Assembly: GCA_963804165.1 (NCBI GenBank)
Contig: CAWDPO010000046.1
Span: 128,001 to 192,000, forward strand
Direction: 5' to 3'
Length of the DNA stretch: 64,000 nucleotides
Source: an uncultured delta proteobacterium
GTDB taxonomy: Bacteria > Desulfobacterota > Binatia > UBA9968
The notes beneath the pieces are model-generated. The model saw only the letters and a program-made list of their open reading frames with translations, was not told the DNA's origin and did no database searches. Both the position numbers and the translations under genes were made by a program. Positions within the stretch are counted from its first letter, which is position 1, and every line of letters starts with the position of its first letter. This document shows positions 1-9,949 of this stretch, one piece after another.

Positions 1-670
1 ACCGATCGCGGTCATGGCTGAGCTGATCGTTATCGCGAGCATTTTCCAGCGAAATGTATTGATACCGAGGGCCTGTGCCGCGTCTTCGTTTTCACGGATG
101 GCCTGCCAATAGTAACCGGCGCGGCTGCGCAACAGCCATGCGCTCAGGACAAAGGCGGCCGCAGCGAGCGCAAGGATGACGTAGTAAAACATCGCGGGCG
201 TACCGCGGAGATTGAATCAGGTCGATCTGATCGCGCTCTGCGACCTTGAGAAACATTCCGCCGGAGCCGCCGACCCAGGCGAAATGATCGAAGCCGACGC
301 GCGTGAATTCGGCAAAGGCAATGGTCAGCAACGTAAAATACACGCCCGAGACACCATAACGAAAGGCGAGCGTGCCGATCGCCGCGCCGAACAAAGCGCA
401 AATCAGGATCGCAAGCCACAACCCCGCCCAAGGACCGATGCCGAAATGAAAGTAGAGGGCCGCCGCGGCGTATCCGCCCACGCCGAGATAGAGCGAATGG
501 CCGAGTGACAACTGCCCCGCGAAGCCCATCATGATATTCCATGCCTGGCCCGCGTAGGCGAAGAACAAGAACAACGTCACGATCGATAATAGATAGTTGT
601 CGGCGACGGCCGGTAGGAAGAGCAGGGCGGCTCCCAGGCCCGCGAGCAACCGGTTCGCGCGGCGGTTCAC
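1..670 (-). CDS. livM: Branched-chain amino acid ABC transporter permease, LivM type; 3' end runs off the window; 1-bp frameshift near 212
   Basis: Motif AWNIMMGFAGQLSLGH...GVYFTLLTIAFAE. After the shift the reading continues GTPAMFYYVIL...AIRENEDAAQALGIN. GTG start at 670 overlaps the livH stop. Confidence 0.85.
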
Positions 671-1542
671 AACTTGTTGCCTAACAAGCCGCGCGGGCGA
701 AATAGCAAGACGAGAATCAACAGCGCGAAGCTGAACATGCTCTTTGCCGACGGTGTGATGTAGAAACCGGCAAGCGCTTCGGAGACGCCGATGAGCACGC
801 CGCCGGCGAGGGCGCCGGACATCGAGCCGAGCCCGCCGACGATTACGATCACGAAGGCGAGCAGCGTGTATGCGGGACCGAGCGAGGGCGTCAGGTCGAC
901 GAGCAAACTCATCATGCAACCGGCGACGGCCACGCACGCGGAGCCAAGACCGAAGGTGAGCGCATACAGCCGCTTCACATCAAGTCCGACAATTTTGGCG
1001 CCGAGCCAGTTGTCGGCGCAGGCGCGGATCGCCGTGCCCGTGCGGGTCAGACGGAAAAACCCAAATAACGCAGCCGCCGCGCCGCAGGCGATGAGAGCGG
1101 CGTAAAACTTGCCGCGATCGATCAGCACGGGGCCCAACTCGATGGATTCGAGCAGATAATCGAGACTGACGGCGCGCGCGTCCGGACCGAAGATGATCAG
1201 CAGACCATTGGTCATGATCACCGCGATCGCCAGGAGCAGGATAAACTGGGAATGCTCGGGACGCGTGACGAAAGGATGAATCACCGCCGATTGGAGCGCA
1301 TAACCGAAAACAAAAAACGCCGCGGCCACCGGCAGCACGGCGATGAACGGGTTGAGGTTCAGGGTGAAAAATAAAATCACGCTGGCATACATGGCGAGCG
1401 TCATCATTTCGCCGTGGGCGAAGTTCACCAGGCGGGCGACGCCGAAGATCACCGACAGGCCGAGCGCCATGAGCCCGTAGACGATGCCGGTCAAAACGCC
1501 GGCGATGACGACATTGGCGAGGGTAACAAGGTCCACAGACAT
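667..1542 (-). CDS. livH: Branched-chain amino acid ABC transporter permease, LivH type
   Basis: YGLMALGLSVIFGVARLVNFAHGE, GTAIRACADN and IVGGLGS motifs; hydrophobic. Confidence 0.9.
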   Translation of the reverse strand: MSVDLVTLANVVIAGVLTGIVYGLMALGLSVIFGVARLVNFAHGEMMTLAMYASVILFFTLNLNPFIAVLPVAAAFFVFGYALQSAVIHPFVTRPEHSQFILLLAIAVIMTNGLLIIFGPDARAVSLDYLLESIELGPVLIDRGKFYAALIACGAAAALFGFFRLTRTGTAIRACADNWLGAKIVGLDVKRLYALTFGLGSACVAVAGCMMSLLVDLTPSLGPAYTLLAFVIVIVGGLGSMSGALAGGVLIGVSEALAGFYITPSAKSMFSFALLILVLLFRPRGLLGNKL

Positions 1543-1650
1543 GTTTACGAGAATACGTAGAGATCAGAAGAGCAACTCGTTCGGCAGGGTACAAGTCACC
1601 ATGCGATTCTGCGCGCCTCTCCGCGTCAAGTTAATTGCCGTTTCTCAGTC

Positions 1651-1727
1651 CGTCATTCCCGCATGCTTTAAGCGGGAATCCAGGCGAATCCGGATCTGGA
1701 CCCCGATAAAAATATTCGGGTGTGACG
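1651..1727. repeat. CGTC-tagged REP-like palindromic repeat, copy 1
   Basis: CGTCATTCCCGCATGCTTTAAGCGGGAATCCAGG...CTGGACCCCGATAAAAATATTCGGGTGTGACG; near-identical copies at 15378 and 18335. Confidence 0.85.
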
Positions 1728-1793
1728 GCTTTATGACAATTCTCATCGGCGAGTTCTGATGTCCCCAACTTACCGCGGGGTTGTCCATTCGCG

Positions 1794-3017
1794 TTACGCT
1801 TTTTTGTATTCCCGCCAAGGGAATACCGGCTTAGCCTCGGCGGACGTTTCGGGTAAAACCACGACCGGTTTCTGCTGTTGATTTTGAATGCACGCCGACA
1901 GGTTGCCCTCGACTTGTCCCTTGGCGTTGAACTTGATCGGACCGCCGATCATCATGCGATTCTTAATATCGGTTTGGCGAATGGCATCGGTGAGCGCCTG
2001 AGCTTCGGTCGATTTCGCGCGTTTGAACGCGTCGGCGGCGATCAAGGTCGCCTCGAAAGTGTAGCCGACGTTGAGCGCGTGAAACCTCAGCTGGTCTTTC
2101 GGATTCTGTTTTCTGAACGCCGCATCGACTGCCTTGGTTAGCGTCGATTTGGGGTCATACCACGGAACGTTGGAGATGCAGCCTTCGGAGAGCTTGCCGA
2201 GGGTCTGGAAAAATTGGTTTTCGTACATGCCGGGTGAGCCGGGACTGATGATGCCCATGACGTTCCAGCGCTGCTTGACGATCTCACGACGTAGAACGAT
2301 GGCGTCGTTCAACCGGCACACCAGCAGCAAAAAGTCCGCCTTCGCCGCCTTCGCTTTGGAAATCTCGACGGTGAGATCTTTAGCCCCGGGATCGTAGCTG
2401 ATGGTGTCCAACAGCTTAAAGGGCAAGTTCAGCTGTGGCAGGATCGCCGCAATCGCCTTCGCGTTGGCTTGTCCGAACGTGTCGTTGACGTGCATGAACA
2501 CCGCGGTGCGTGGTGTCGTCTTGGTGGCGCGGAAAAGATCTTCGCTCAACGCCAGACCGTTTTTTATGAGCTCCGAGGCGACGGGGAAATTGCGAAAGAC
2601 ATACTTATAGCCCTGTTCGGTGATCTGCGGCGCCGCGGCGATGTTGATTACGAACGGTACGCCGCGCTGCTCGGCGACCTGCGCGATCGCCGCCGCGGCG
2701 CCCGAGTCGAAGGCGCCGACGAGACAGTGCGCGCCCTCCTGAATCAGCTTCTCGGCGCGCGTGCGCGCGGTATCGACGTTGGTTTCCGTGTCGGCGTTCA
2801 TCAACTCGATATCGATGCCGAGCAAATCTTTGATCACAACGGGTGCCAAGTCGGCGCCTTTTTGACAAGACTGGCCGATCAAACCCTGCAAGCCTGACTT
2901 TGGCAGCAGAACGCCCACTTTCAATTTGTTGCTTTGCGCGCGGACTATATTAAATGGCGCGAGCGCGGCGGCAGCGCTGCTGCCGAGCAGGAGCTTAGCA
3001 AATTTGCGGCGATTCAT
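1794..3017 (-). CDS. ABC substrate-binding protein, LivJ/LivK family, with Tat signal peptide
   Basis: N-terminal MNRRKFAKLLLG...AQS twin-arginine signal; KVGVLLPKSG and GAFDSG PBP1 motifs; upstream of livHM. Confidence 0.88.
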   Translation of the reverse strand: MNRRKFAKLLLGSSAAAALAPFNIVRAQSNKLKVGVLLPKSGLQGLIGQSCQKGADLAPVVIKDLLGIDIELMNADTETNVDTARTRAEKLIQEGAHCLVGAFDSGAAAAIAQVAEQRGVPFVINIAAAPQITEQGYKYVFRNFPVASELIKNGLALSEDLFRATKTTPRTAVFMHVNDTFGQANAKAIAAILPQLNLPFKLLDTISYDPGAKDLTVEISKAKAAKADFLLLVCRLNDAIVLRREIVKQRWNVMGIISPGSPGMYENQFFQTLGKLSEGCISNVPWYDPKSTLTKAVDAAFRKQNPKDQLRFHALNVGYTFEATLIAADAFKRAKSTEAQALTDAIRQTDIKNRMMIGGPIKFNAKGQVEGNLSACIQNQQQKPVVVLPETSAEAKPVFPWREYKKA

Positions 3018-3144
3018 CCGACTTTCGATCCATGAGAGCTAGCCGCGAAACTAACTCACCCTCCAGTTCTCTGTCAATTTCACTACTTCTACGATCGAGA
3101 GATTCTTAGTGGATTTGTGTTAGTGGATTGCGGCGGCACGAACG

Positions 3145-4584
3145 TTACGCGGGAACTCCGTTGATAATCTGCATCAGTTTGCGACCATCCGCCAAGTCCG
3201 TAACAGACCATGCCGCGTCGATCAGGGTTGATTGCCTTTCTTTGTCTAACACTCCCTCGCAGCACGATCGCACTTTCGCTTCCAGGTCCGCGTCGCTGAG
3301 CGGGTTTTCCGGGCCGCCGCGGTAGCGCTCGTCGGCCCAACCGTCAAATTGACGGCCATCTTTGAGGCGAATAGCGATACGCGAGCGCATTTTATCGAAG
3401 CCCAGTTTTTCGATTTCAGGATCGAGCTCGGTCGTGATTCGTTTTTGCATGCGCTTGCATCGCCGCGGCGGCGACAAACTCGTCGGAGAATTCCCGCTTG
3501 CCGGCTTTGCGGGCGAGGGCGATCATCGCCAGCGCGGCCGGAAGCGAGAACTTCGCTTGGAGATGATTTGCCGCGATCGGATAGCGGATCGGATTCAAGA
3601 TATTCGTGCCCGCATAAACCTTCACGCTTCGATGTCGTCCGGCTTTAGGTCATTCTCCATCACGAGTTTGAGCATCAGGTCGATGGTCGGGTGGGTCAGC
3701 ACGCCGCAGGGATACGGTTTGATCGATACGCCCGGTTCGACGATCGTCCAGACTTTGCCGAAGCCCAGTGAAGTCTTTTCCGCGCTGACACCACCGCCTT
3801 GCACGGCGTAAAATCCCCACGGTCCATCCAACGCATCCGGATCGGCGGTGAAACCGCGCGCAGCCAGCAGCGCGGCGGTGACGCCGTTCTCGGCGGCGCG
3901 GCCGACGTGCAGCGGTTTGGTCATGGTGCCGAAGTTGCAGCGAATGCCGGCGGCGAAACTGGCGGCGATGCCGAAGCCGCTGCGTAGTTTTTCACCATTC
4001 AACCCGAGCAGCTTCGCCGCCGCCGCATAGGCGCCGAAGGTGCCGACCGTGCCGCTGGAATGCATGCCTCTCACGTAGTGCTGCGGCAGCATCCACTCGG
4101 AGATCTTACACTCGACTTCGAAGCCGGTAAGGAAAGCGAGCATGAAGGTTGTGCCGTCGACGCCGCCAAGTTTTTGCGCCATCACCAAGGCGCTGCTCAA
4201 CGGCGGGATCGTCGGATGAGTTAACAGGCCGTACACATGCGCCGGATCAACGCTCACCTGACTGTCGTCCCAGTCATGGGCGTGGCCGGCGGTGCCGAGA
4301 ATGCGCGCGGCCATGGAAGCAGGGACTTTGAAATTGCCGCGGGTCAATAGTAGCGCGTCGGGCCGTCCGCCCGTCTGTTCCGCCTCATCGACAAGAAGCT
4401 GGACGGTATGCTCCTGGGAGCCGGCGACGAAAAGGCCGAGACCGTCGAGAAGACAGCGCGTGCCGATCCGAACGGCTTCGTCGGGAATCGCGTCGAAAGT
4501 GATGGTCTCGACAAACGCGGCGGCGGCGGCCGTTGTCTTAAGTCCATTGGGAATCGTCGCGTAAATGTTTTGTTCGTTGGCCAT
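3145..4584 (-). CDS. MmgE/PrpD family protein, split by two 1-bp frameshifts near 3625 and 3455
   Basis: AGHAHDWDD, THPT, TKPLHVGRAAENG, IKPYPCG and the C-terminal RGGPENPLSD lie across ORFs 3622-4584, 3416-3625 and 3145-3477. Confidence 0.88.
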
Positions 4585-4841
4585 GATTCATCCTCGATTG
4601 GGAAGGGAAAAGATAGCGCCGTGGAAAGAAACTTTACGCGGCGACGGGCCGGCCTGCAAGATGCCGGGACTCCTGCCGGTGCGATTCGCGTGCGAAGCTC
4701 ACTCGTGCCCGGCCGCGTTCGACGGAGTCATATCAGCGATGTGTTCGTGAGGCAGCCGAACGTGACCGGCAATTACGAGCCGCTCGGAATCACTGACACG
4801 GGTCCGAGGGAGGTCAAGAAAGATTTGCACTGCGGCGCCGT

Positions 4842-5867
4842 TTAAAGCTTGCGAACTTTGATCGTGTATTTGCCCATGCCGCTGGCGCGATTGTAGTGGC
4901 GCACCTGGACGAAATACTGACCCGCAACGAGGTCCGTGCTGATCAGCGCATTGGTGTCGACCCCGGAGTCGTCATCTTCGGCGATCAAAGCGGTTTCACT
5001 GTTCGGACCGAACAGTTTCATGACGACGTCGGTGGGGCCGCGGGTGTCGATTTGATAGTGGCCGTCGGTTGCGGTCGTAAAGCGGAAGAGATCTTCTTCG
5101 CCGAATTTGCCGATGGACGCGGCGGTGCGGCGTTTTCCGTTGACTTCCAGCTCGACGGCGGTCGTTGTCGTCCCGCCGGTCTTCGGATACATTTTCGCTC
5201 CGGCGATGAATTGTTTATCGATGGTCGATAGAACTTCGTTCGCCTTGGTCGCGATGCCGTTGAGCGTCCAGGATGCGGGAAAGAAATAAAGCATGATCGA
5301 GTCCGGGTCGAACTCGGTTCCGTTGATCTGATCGATGCTGTATTTGCGGATGACATTGTGCCGCGCGGTCTCCTCGTCCCAAAAGTTCGGCGATTTCGCT
5401 AGTTCTTCGATCACCACTGGCTCGTTCCATTCGATGCCGCCGCGCGGATTTTGGTGCTCGTGGGCCAGGCCGATGGCGTGGCCAAACTCGTGGGCGGTAG
5501 TGCCGCCGTCGAGGAAACCGAGATTCATCGTCGGCTGGTTGACTGGGATACTGCGGCAGTCGGTGCCGATGTAGGACCAAGCGCCGTCGCTCGAATCAAA
5601 GGCAATGCGGATCTCCGCATTGGACGCATTATTGAAATCGAACTTTAGATTCGCCACCTGTGCCCACCAGCCGGCTTGTTCGCGGGCGGTGGCTTGCTCG
5701 TTTGCGGTGCCGCCCATGAAGCGCACGCGCAGGGTCGAGCCGTTCATCCATGTCTTACCGATCGGCGCGATGGCACGCTGGCCGCCTCCACGCCGCATCG
5801 TCCGTTGGGGTCGCATGAGCGCGGTCGGTAAAACGCGATCGATACAAATTTTCGCTCTGTCAGCCAT
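4842..5867 (-). CDS. Astacin-like (M12A/ZnMc) zinc metalloprotease with C-terminal PPC-like domain
   Basis: HEFGHAIGLAHEH zinc motif, SIMLY Met-turn, and C-terminal EDDDSG...LVAGQYFVQVRHY PPC signature. GGAGG RBS precedes ATG 5867. Confidence 0.88.
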   Translation of the reverse strand: MADRAKICIDRVLPTALMRPQRTMRRGGGQRAIAPIGKTWMNGSTLRVRFMGGTANEQATAREQAGWWAQVANLKFDFNNASNAEIRIAFDSSDGAWSYIGTDCRSIPVNQPTMNLGFLDGGTTAHEFGHAIGLAHEHQNPRGGIEWNEPVVIEELAKSPNFWDEETARHNVIRKYSIDQINGTEFDPDSIMLYFFPASWTLNGIATKANEVLSTIDKQFIAGAKMYPKTGGTTTTAVELEVNGKRRTAASIGKFGEEDLFRFTTATDGHYQIDTRGPTDVVMKLFGPNSETALIAEDDDSGVDTNALISTDLVAGQYFVQVRHYNRASGMGKYTIKVRKL

Positions 5868-6104
5868 GATCGTCGTGCCTCCTGCTTTGATTAGTCTGAT
5901 ATGGAACCCTAACCAACGAAGAGCAAACCTCATTCCAGCCGCACGCCAAGCTTCTGTCCGGACCGATTGGCGAAAGAGAGTAAGGATGTCGCAAATTTGT
6001 CACGGGTAATTTCTCAAGGGCAACCGTTTGGCCGTCCCATTGGTTGACAGCGAGTGTAAACGAGATCACCTCTCGCACGAAAGTACCGATGCAGGATTCT
6101 AAGC

Positions 6105-6288
6105 CTAGTGGCTTGTATCGGAAGTTCATTAATTATCTCGTGCGCCTCTTTTCAGTCATACCGGCGAAGGCCGGTATCCAAGGTGCTTGAAACTCCTGGA
6201 TTCCGGGTCGCGCAACCCCGGACTGTGATCCGGGGTTGCCCGGAATGACGCTCGACTTGTGTAACGAACTTTAGTTCCAAGACACTAG
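6105..6288. mobile_element. MITE A with IS630-type terminal inverted repeats, carrying a CGTC-class REP hairpin
   Basis: Left end CTAGTGGCTTGTATCGGAAGTTCATTA versus right end reverse complement CTAGTGTCTTGGAACTAAAGTTCGTTA (21/27 match). Internal GTCATACCGGCGAAGGCCGGTATCCA...CCGGAATGACG at 6155-6250. Confidence 0.7.
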
Positions 6289-6491
6289 TGTCCTGTCCCA
6301 GAAGTTCGCGACATAACTCTCGCGTCATTCCGTCGGAAAATCTCCCCTTCCCCTCTTTGGCAAAGAGGGGTGAGAATCGCACGGAGAAAAATTCCCCCTT
6401 TGAAAAAGGGGGACAAAGGGGGATTTGAGTTCAACTTCAGAGGCTGCCATCGTTTGAACTTTTTAAACGAACTTCTGAGACGCCACACTAG
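6285..6491. mobile_element. MITE B with IS630-type terminal inverted repeats; shares its CTAG with MITE A
   Basis: Left end CTAGTGTCCTGTCCCAGAAGTTCG versus right end reverse complement CTAGTGTGGCGTCTCAGAAGTTCG (20/24 match). Internal hairpins CCCCTCTTTGGCAAAGAGGGG and CCCCCTTTGAAAAAGGGGG. Confidence 0.75.
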
Positions 6492-6691
6492 CAGGTACTG
6501 AAAAGTACCGTTCATCCTTCGACAAAGCGCAGAGCCGTTCCCGAGCCTATCGAATCACGGGAGAACCTCCGGTCCTGATGGCGGCTTGCCCGACGTAGAT
6601 CGCACGAAGCCGCTGTGAAGCATTGGGACCCGCGCCAGCGGCTCAATCGCTATCATGTTTCCCGATTGTCAGCGAAACTTGGCCATCAGAA

Positions 6692-7372
6692 TCAGTCGAC
6701 AACCTCTGAGATGTAATAGTCGATGTAGCGACGGTTGGCGTTGGGCCGGTCGTGGCCTTTGGCCATTTGTTGGCATTCGTCCTGGCTGTGTGTTTTCAGT
6801 GCGCCCAAAGGCGCGGCCATGATCTGAATTCTCGCTGATCGCACCAGATCGAGTCCGAGCCGAAGCAAGGTATCGAGATCGTTCGACACCACCGTCCCGC
6901 CGTGGCCGCGCAGGAGCACGGCATTGCGGTCGCCGAGAGTGGCGGCGACTTTGTCGCCTAGCTGTTGGTTACGGATCAATACCGGAGAATCATAGATCGG
7001 TGTGCCGCGGTAAAAGTGCACGCCGCAGTTGGCGATAACTTTTATTTCCTGACCGGCGGCGGCCACCGCAATTAGCTCGTCGGGATGGTAGTGCAGGACG
7101 CACTGCACATCGGCACGCGCTTTATAGATCGACGTGTGCATCGCCGTCTCACCGTTGGGCTCGCCCAAACCTTCGAGCTTGTTTCCATCGGCGTCGATGA
7201 AGATCAAATCGCGCAATGCGACTTTGCCCGGCGGCATATGCGGCGTGCTCAATATTCTGCCATCGGACAGGCGCGCGGTAAGATGGCCGTAACCGTCGAT
7301 GACGCGCTGCTTTTGCAGGACTTTGCACGCCAAAACCATTTTTTCTTTCACTGCTTCAATGGCGTCTAACAT
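6692..7372 (-). CDS. Class II aldolase/adducin family protein
   Basis: GHLTAR, GETAMHTSIYKARADV...HYH and LLRGHG motifs. Confidence 0.9.
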   Translation of the reverse strand: MLDAIEAVKEKMVLACKVLQKQRVIDGYGHLTARLSDGRILSTPHMPPGKVALRDLIFIDADGNKLEGLGEPNGETAMHTSIYKARADVQCVLHYHPDELIAVAAAGQEIKVIANCGVHFYRGTPIYDSPVLIRNQQLGDKVAATLGDRNAVLLRGHGGTVVSNDLDTLLRLGLDLVRSARIQIMAAPLGALKTHSQDECQQMAKGHDRPNANRRYIDYYISEVVD

Positions 7373-7451
7373 TTCGCCTCCTTGGTCAATCTTTGAGTGG
7401 TTCTCTTCACGCCGATTCCTTACAGCAAAACAACAACATAGGCGAACGCTC

Positions 7452-8627
7452 TTAGACTTGGCGCAAGAGCGCCACAGCGTCGATTTCCACTAAACAACGC
7501 GGGGAAAGTTCGCCTACCTCGACAGTCAACCCCGCGGGCATCGTCGCGTTGCGCTTGTTAGCGGCGAAAAAGTCGCGGTAGGCAGTCGCAAATTTCGATC
7601 GATCCTGCCCGGCGGTGAGATAGACCGTGGTTTTTACGATGTCATCCAGAGTCCCGCCGGCTTCCTCGACGATGTCTTTGACATGTTGAAGCGTGACACG
7701 AGTTTGGCCCGCGAGATCTCCTTCCGCCTCGACAACACGGTTGAATCCAACGGCGTCTTGTCCCGCTTGCAGTAGCCAGTCGCGGACCCGCACGGATTGT
7801 GAAAAAGAACCGGGTGCTTTGCGTACTTTCGGGCTGGCGACGATGGTTTGTTTTCCATCGTAGGCGATGGCCACGGAACGCAGGAGAATATCTTTACCCA
7901 AGTCTTGAATGTAGATGCCGGAGTTTGGCGGGAACTCATCTTCGGCAAAAATGTTCTTGTAAACATTTTTTCGCGCCTCGCCATAGCCGGGGCGCAAATC
8001 GGTGCTCGGCATGAACATGAAAGTGCGGCAAAGATCGCGCAACGAGAGTTTCTGGTCTTTGAGAAGCTGGGCGATACGATGGAGGACGGTGGTGGTTTGC
8101 GATTGAATTGTCGCCGGCGGAGAAACTTTGCCGTTGCTATCGGCCACATCTACACCCGATAAGAAAATGAAATCGTGGGTGCGAACGCCGTGACAGCGCG
8201 CTCCGGCCGCCAGCGGCAAATCGCCAAGCAAGATCGGTTTTATCTGTGAGCGATCGCGCGTTGCCACCGCGTCGATTCGCACCCGGCAGTTTCCGTCGAG
8301 GCCGCTCACGCCGACGAAGGTGATGGCCGGTGTCGCGCTTCGATCCAACTGCGAGTGCAGCGCGCCGACGATTTCGGCGGCGTCGGCGTAATCGGCAAGA
8401 AATACCGTGAGACTTACCAGGTTCTGGAGATCTTGGCCGCAGGAATTGAGCGCTAGACGCAGCGCTTCGCAGCTTCGAATGCACTGAGCTTTCGCGCTTC
8501 GCTCTTCGACGGAGCCATCGGGCCCGCGGGCGTCTACAGCCACGAAGGTGAAATCCTCGGTGACGATGCCTTGAGAGAAAATTGTTGTTTCCGAATAAAG
8601 CTGGTTGGAATTGATCGCTTGTATCAT
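7452..8627 (-). CDS. Rid (YjgF/RidA) family protein with three tandem domains
   Basis: Three repeats of FSQ/FLSG...QT..L..V...V.L...P......V..L...VEIDAVA. GGAGGAAAGG RBS precedes ATG 8627. Confidence 0.8.
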   Translation of the reverse strand: MIQAINSNQLYSETTIFSQGIVTEDFTFVAVDARGPDGSVEERSAKAQCIRSCEALRLALNSCGQDLQNLVSLTVFLADYADAAEIVGALHSQLDRSATPAITFVGVSGLDGNCRVRIDAVATRDRSQIKPILLGDLPLAAGARCHGVRTHDFIFLSGVDVADSNGKVSPPATIQSQTTTVLHRIAQLLKDQKLSLRDLCRTFMFMPSTDLRPGYGEARKNVYKNIFAEDEFPPNSGIYIQDLGKDILLRSVAIAYDGKQTIVASPKVRKAPGSFSQSVRVRDWLLQAGQDAVGFNRVVEAEGDLAGQTRVTLQHVKDIVEEAGGTLDDIVKTTVYLTAGQDRSKFATAYRDFFAANKRNATMPAGLTVEVGELSPRCLVEIDAVALLRQV

Positions 8628-9033
8628 ACCTTTCCTCCGTAGCTTTACCGTCTGACACAGGTCAGCATATCCGCGGCGCGCGTGCTTCAATAGCCGATCA
8701 TCATGGCCGCCGACATCCGGTGCTGATCCGAGTTATGTTGCAGATGACTACGGACAGCATCACGATTGTCCCCAGCCACAGTTCGGGAAGCGTCAGCGAG
8801 GCGATTCAAGCATATGTTTAGCGTGAGGCTTTTGCCGGCGATAAAGTCGGGTGACACCTAGGTTTCGGGAGGATCTTAAGAACGATAACCAGGCCCCGCG
8901 TAGTCGCATCGGTTGGGAAAATGCGCGCCACGGTCATGCGGATCAGGAAATCAACAAGAACGTCTCAATCGCCTGGTCCAACAAGCACCAAAGCATTCGA
9001 TTGGATGGCCAAGTCCAAAACCTTACCGGCCAT

Positions 9034-9876
9034 CTACGAAATTCCCGCCCGTTTGATGAAGTCGCCAAACAGCGCGCCCATTTCTCCGGCTTTCTCGTCC
9101 CATTCCTCGCGCGGGCTCAAGGCTTCATTGTAAAATTTTGGAAACAGCTTGTGCACTTCGGCGTGGGGCATCGCGCGGCTCAGGTTCTCAACCACCTGGG
9201 GGCCGTGGGTCAAGTCGTTTCCCGGCACGACACACGTAGGAACTTTGATGGATTTTAAATCTTCCTCAGTCGCGCCGATCACCGGCAGGTCGGCGCCTTT
9301 GAGAAAATAGTCGCGCCAGTGCGACATGACTTTGATGAACTGTTCGGGGTTCATTTTCATCAGTGCGTCGCGATTTTCCGGCCGCGCTTCGATCCGTTCT
9401 TGCCAATGCTCCATCGCGCAGACAGCCGCCATGCCGCCGCGTTTGGCAGCTTCGATATATTGGCCGTAATACTCTTCGGCGAGGCGCTCGGCGGCGAATC
9501 GACCGCCGGTGACGCGCCACAGAAGGAGAGCGCGGACGGCATCGCGATGGCGCAACGCGACGAGCAGCGCGGTCCGGCAGCCCGAGGAGCTGCCGCCGAC
9601 CACCGCGGGCAGGGCGTTCAATTGCTTGAGCAGCTCGTAAACATCGTCCGCCCAAATTTCGTATTCGGATTCGGCGCCGTCGATGACCACGTCGGAAGCG
9701 CCGCAGTTCCGCCGGTCGAAGATGACGACGCGGTGCCCGGCGGCGGCAACTTTGCCGGCGAGCAGTTCGATGCCGCTGATATCGCGACGGCCGCCCGGTG
9801 ACAGCGCCACCCAAGGACCGTGATCGCCGATAACTTTATAGTTGATATTGACGCCGCGTACCTTTGTTAAGGGCAT
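9034..9876 (-). CDS. Alpha/beta fold hydrolase
   Basis: FDRRNCGAS, GSSSG nucleophile elbow and GNDLTH. GGAGG RBS precedes ATG 9876. Confidence 0.85.
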   Translation of the reverse strand: MPLTKVRGVNINYKVIGDHGPWVALSPGGRRDISGIELLAGKVAAAGHRVVIFDRRNCGASDVVIDGAESEYEIWADDVYELLKQLNALPAVVGGSSSGCRTALLVALRHRDAVRALLLWRVTGGRFAAERLAEEYYGQYIEAAKRGGMAAVCAMEHWQERIEARPENRDALMKMNPEQFIKVMSHWRDYFLKGADLPVIGATEEDLKSIKVPTCVVPGNDLTHGPQVVENLSRAMPHAEVHKLFPKFYNEALSPREEWDEKAGEMGALFGDFIKRAGIS

Positions 9877-9949
9877 ACAATCCTCCTGTTTGTTCGCAAT
9901 AAATTTAGTTCTCAATTCACCTGTGACCGGTCTAATTTAAATTCACTTC

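Noticed and set aside
3100-3130. TTAGTGGATT direct repeat as an operator
   Set aside because: Only two copies and no supporting context; similar to the short low-complexity repeats elsewhere in the window.
6152-6515. ORFs 6152-6382 and 6285-6515 as protein genes
   Set aside because: They are translations of MITE and palindrome sequence.
8690-9033. Gene or ncRNA between the Rid and hydrolase genes
   Set aside because: Only short interrupted frames and no recognisable structure; at most an unidentifiable relic.
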